From Nitrosomonadales bacterium (lineage in GTDB: Bacteria > Pseudomonadota > Gammaproteobacteria > Burkholderiales > Gallionellaceae), in assembly GCA_025350915.1 (NCBI GenBank), contig JANXWX010000034.1:8677-72676 (forward strand): a DNA stretch of 64,000 nt, written 5' to 3'. Position numbers and translations under genes: made by a program. Position 1 is the first letter of the stretch. The number at the start of each line of letters is the position of its first letter. This document shows, piece after piece, positions 63,044 to 64,000 of the stretch. The notes under the pieces are model-generated. The model was not told the origin of the DNA. It made no database searches and was given only the letters and a program-made list of their open reading frames with translations.

Positions 63044-64000
63044 GTTTGATCAATCAGGTTTTAAAAGACCTGGACAAGCGGGGCGCCAACACAAATATTG
63101 GTGAAGCGACGATACGGGTTGTGCATTTAAATCGCAGGCGTAATGTCATCAGGTTAACAACGGCAGGTGCGGCAGCGTTGCTGCTGTTGTTGGGTATGGC
63201 CTGGTTAGTGTGGCAGGGCAAGGCGCAACGGCAGGGGTCACCTGCTGCTGTTGCCACTGTGCAGCCATCCGTGGTAACTGCAACACAATCCACTGTTGCA
63301 TCTGTCCAGCTTACTCCACCGAGTATTGACAATGTCATCCCTGAGTCCATCACTACCCGGGGCGTTACGCAGATCGTTACCGTCATCGGCCGACATTTCA
63401 AACCCGGTGCCCGTGTGAATTTGCGCGAAGAAGGCGGGCAGTTGTATGCAGATCGCGCAATCGTTCAATTTTTGCCGAATCAATTGACGCTGAAATTGAA
63501 TTTCGGCAAAGCCACCAAAGCTTGGACCCTGGAAGTTATGAATGCGGATGGCGCAGTTTCCGGGCAGTATTTGTTTACAGTACGTGCCGCTACGACAAAT
63601 ACTGCCACAGATAAAAGTACTTTTAGAACTAAAAATGTAGCCGATGTCCATGCATCAGGATTTATCGTTACCAATCCGCCTGTAGCTGAATTAAAAGATG
63701 GCATCAGCAAGCGCCCCACGCAGCTTAGCCTGAATCAGCAGGCTGACAATGAATATCGCCGTGCCTATCAGCTCATGCGACAGGGGCGTAATACAGAAGC
63801 ACTCGCCGGGTATGAGGCCGCATTATTGCTGGATGCAAGGCATGATCAGGCGCGGCAAGCCATGGTGAGTTTGCTGTTGGAAAAAAAACATCATGCCGAT
63901 GCGGAAAGAGTGCTGCAGGAAGGACTGGCAATCAATCCGCAACAAACCGATTTTGCAATGTTGCTGGCCCGATTACAGGCGGACAGAAATGCGTTGCCGA
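63040..64000 (+). CDS. mshN: MshN-like TPR protein with IPT/TIG-like insert, C-terminus beyond window edge
   Basis: My own translation starts at ATG 63040 (ATGA overlap with the mshM stop): MSLINQVLKDLDKRGANTNIG... It has a TM helix (AAALLLLLGMAWLVW) and a beta-rich segment. From about 63720 it has TPR-like repeats (EYRRAYQLMRQGRNTEALAGYEAALLLD). It is open to base 64000, so it is missing from the ORF track. Confidence 0.8.
   Translation, partial: MSLINQVLKDLDKRGANTNIGEATIRVVHLNRRRNVIRLTTAGAAALLLLLGMAWLVWQGKAQRQGSPAAVATVQPSVVTATQSTVASVQLTPPSIDNVIPESITTRGVTQIVTVIGRHFKPGARVNLREEGGQLYADRAIVQFLPNQLTLKLNFGKATKAWTLEVMNADGAVSGQYLFTVRAATTNTATDKSTFRTKNVADVHASGFIVTNPPVAELKDGISKRPTQLSLNQQADNEYRRAYQLMRQGRNTEALAGYEAALLLDARHDQARQAMVSLLLEKKHHADAERVLQEGLAINPQQTDFAMLLARLQADRNALP

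Noticed and set aside
1-64000. I scanned the whole window by eye for rRNA or tRNA genes, CRISPR repeat arrays, IS elements, integrases and prophage genes.
   Set aside because: I recognised none. The intergenic regions are short, mostly under 300 bp. None shows a cloverleaf-like acceptor/T-arm pattern or regularly spaced direct repeats. A tRNAscan, Infernal or ISfinder run would be needed to be certain.

Overview
This is a 64-kb chromosomal window that looks betaproteobacterial. That call rests on three synteny blocks: polA-DUF2782-thrB, gpmI-envC-ctpA, and rhodanese-grxC-secB-gpsA/trmL. I support about 70 protein genes. By eye I found no rRNA, tRNA, CRISPR array, transposase or integrase. Most of the window is ordinary core metabolism and envelope housekeeping. 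Three regions stand out.

(1) 5.6-13.2 kb is an AT-richer accessory segment wedged between a flavin reductase gene and polA. Its core, 5817-11703 on the minus strand, is a tightly coupled four-gene operon. It encodes an NPPY adenine DNA methyltransferase. Next comes a 764-aa protein fusing a MORC/HSP90-like GHKL ATPase to a complete histidine-kinase transmitter. Third is a 388-aa protein with a receiver-like N-terminus and a CxxC-DH...N...CxxC C-terminus. Last is a 236-aa orphan. I read this as a candidate phosphorelay-controlled, restriction-modification-like defence system that I cannot match to any named system. A lipoprotein gene and a ParE/RHH toxin-antitoxin pair sit beside it.

(2) 35.5-40.6 kb holds a YgaV-like ArsR regulator, an MFP-RND efflux pair with no outer-membrane factor, and a stand-alone DUF2892 peptide. 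A near-consensus sigma70 promoter upstream of the efflux pair is overlapped by a 14-bp palindrome.

(3) 46.7-64.0 kb, running off the window, is a complete MSHA-type type IV pilus locus. Its gene order is E-G-pilins-Q-I-J-K-L-M-N. MshE carries an MshEN c-di-GMP motif. The 1038-aa MshQ-like protein begins with a tandemly duplicated module of about 170 aa. A PglL-like O-oligosaccharyltransferase gene lies 4 kb upstream.

All calls come from reading motifs in the supplied translations and in my own translations of open-ended ORFs. No database search or computation was possible. CDS coordinates include the stop codon, following the ORF track.
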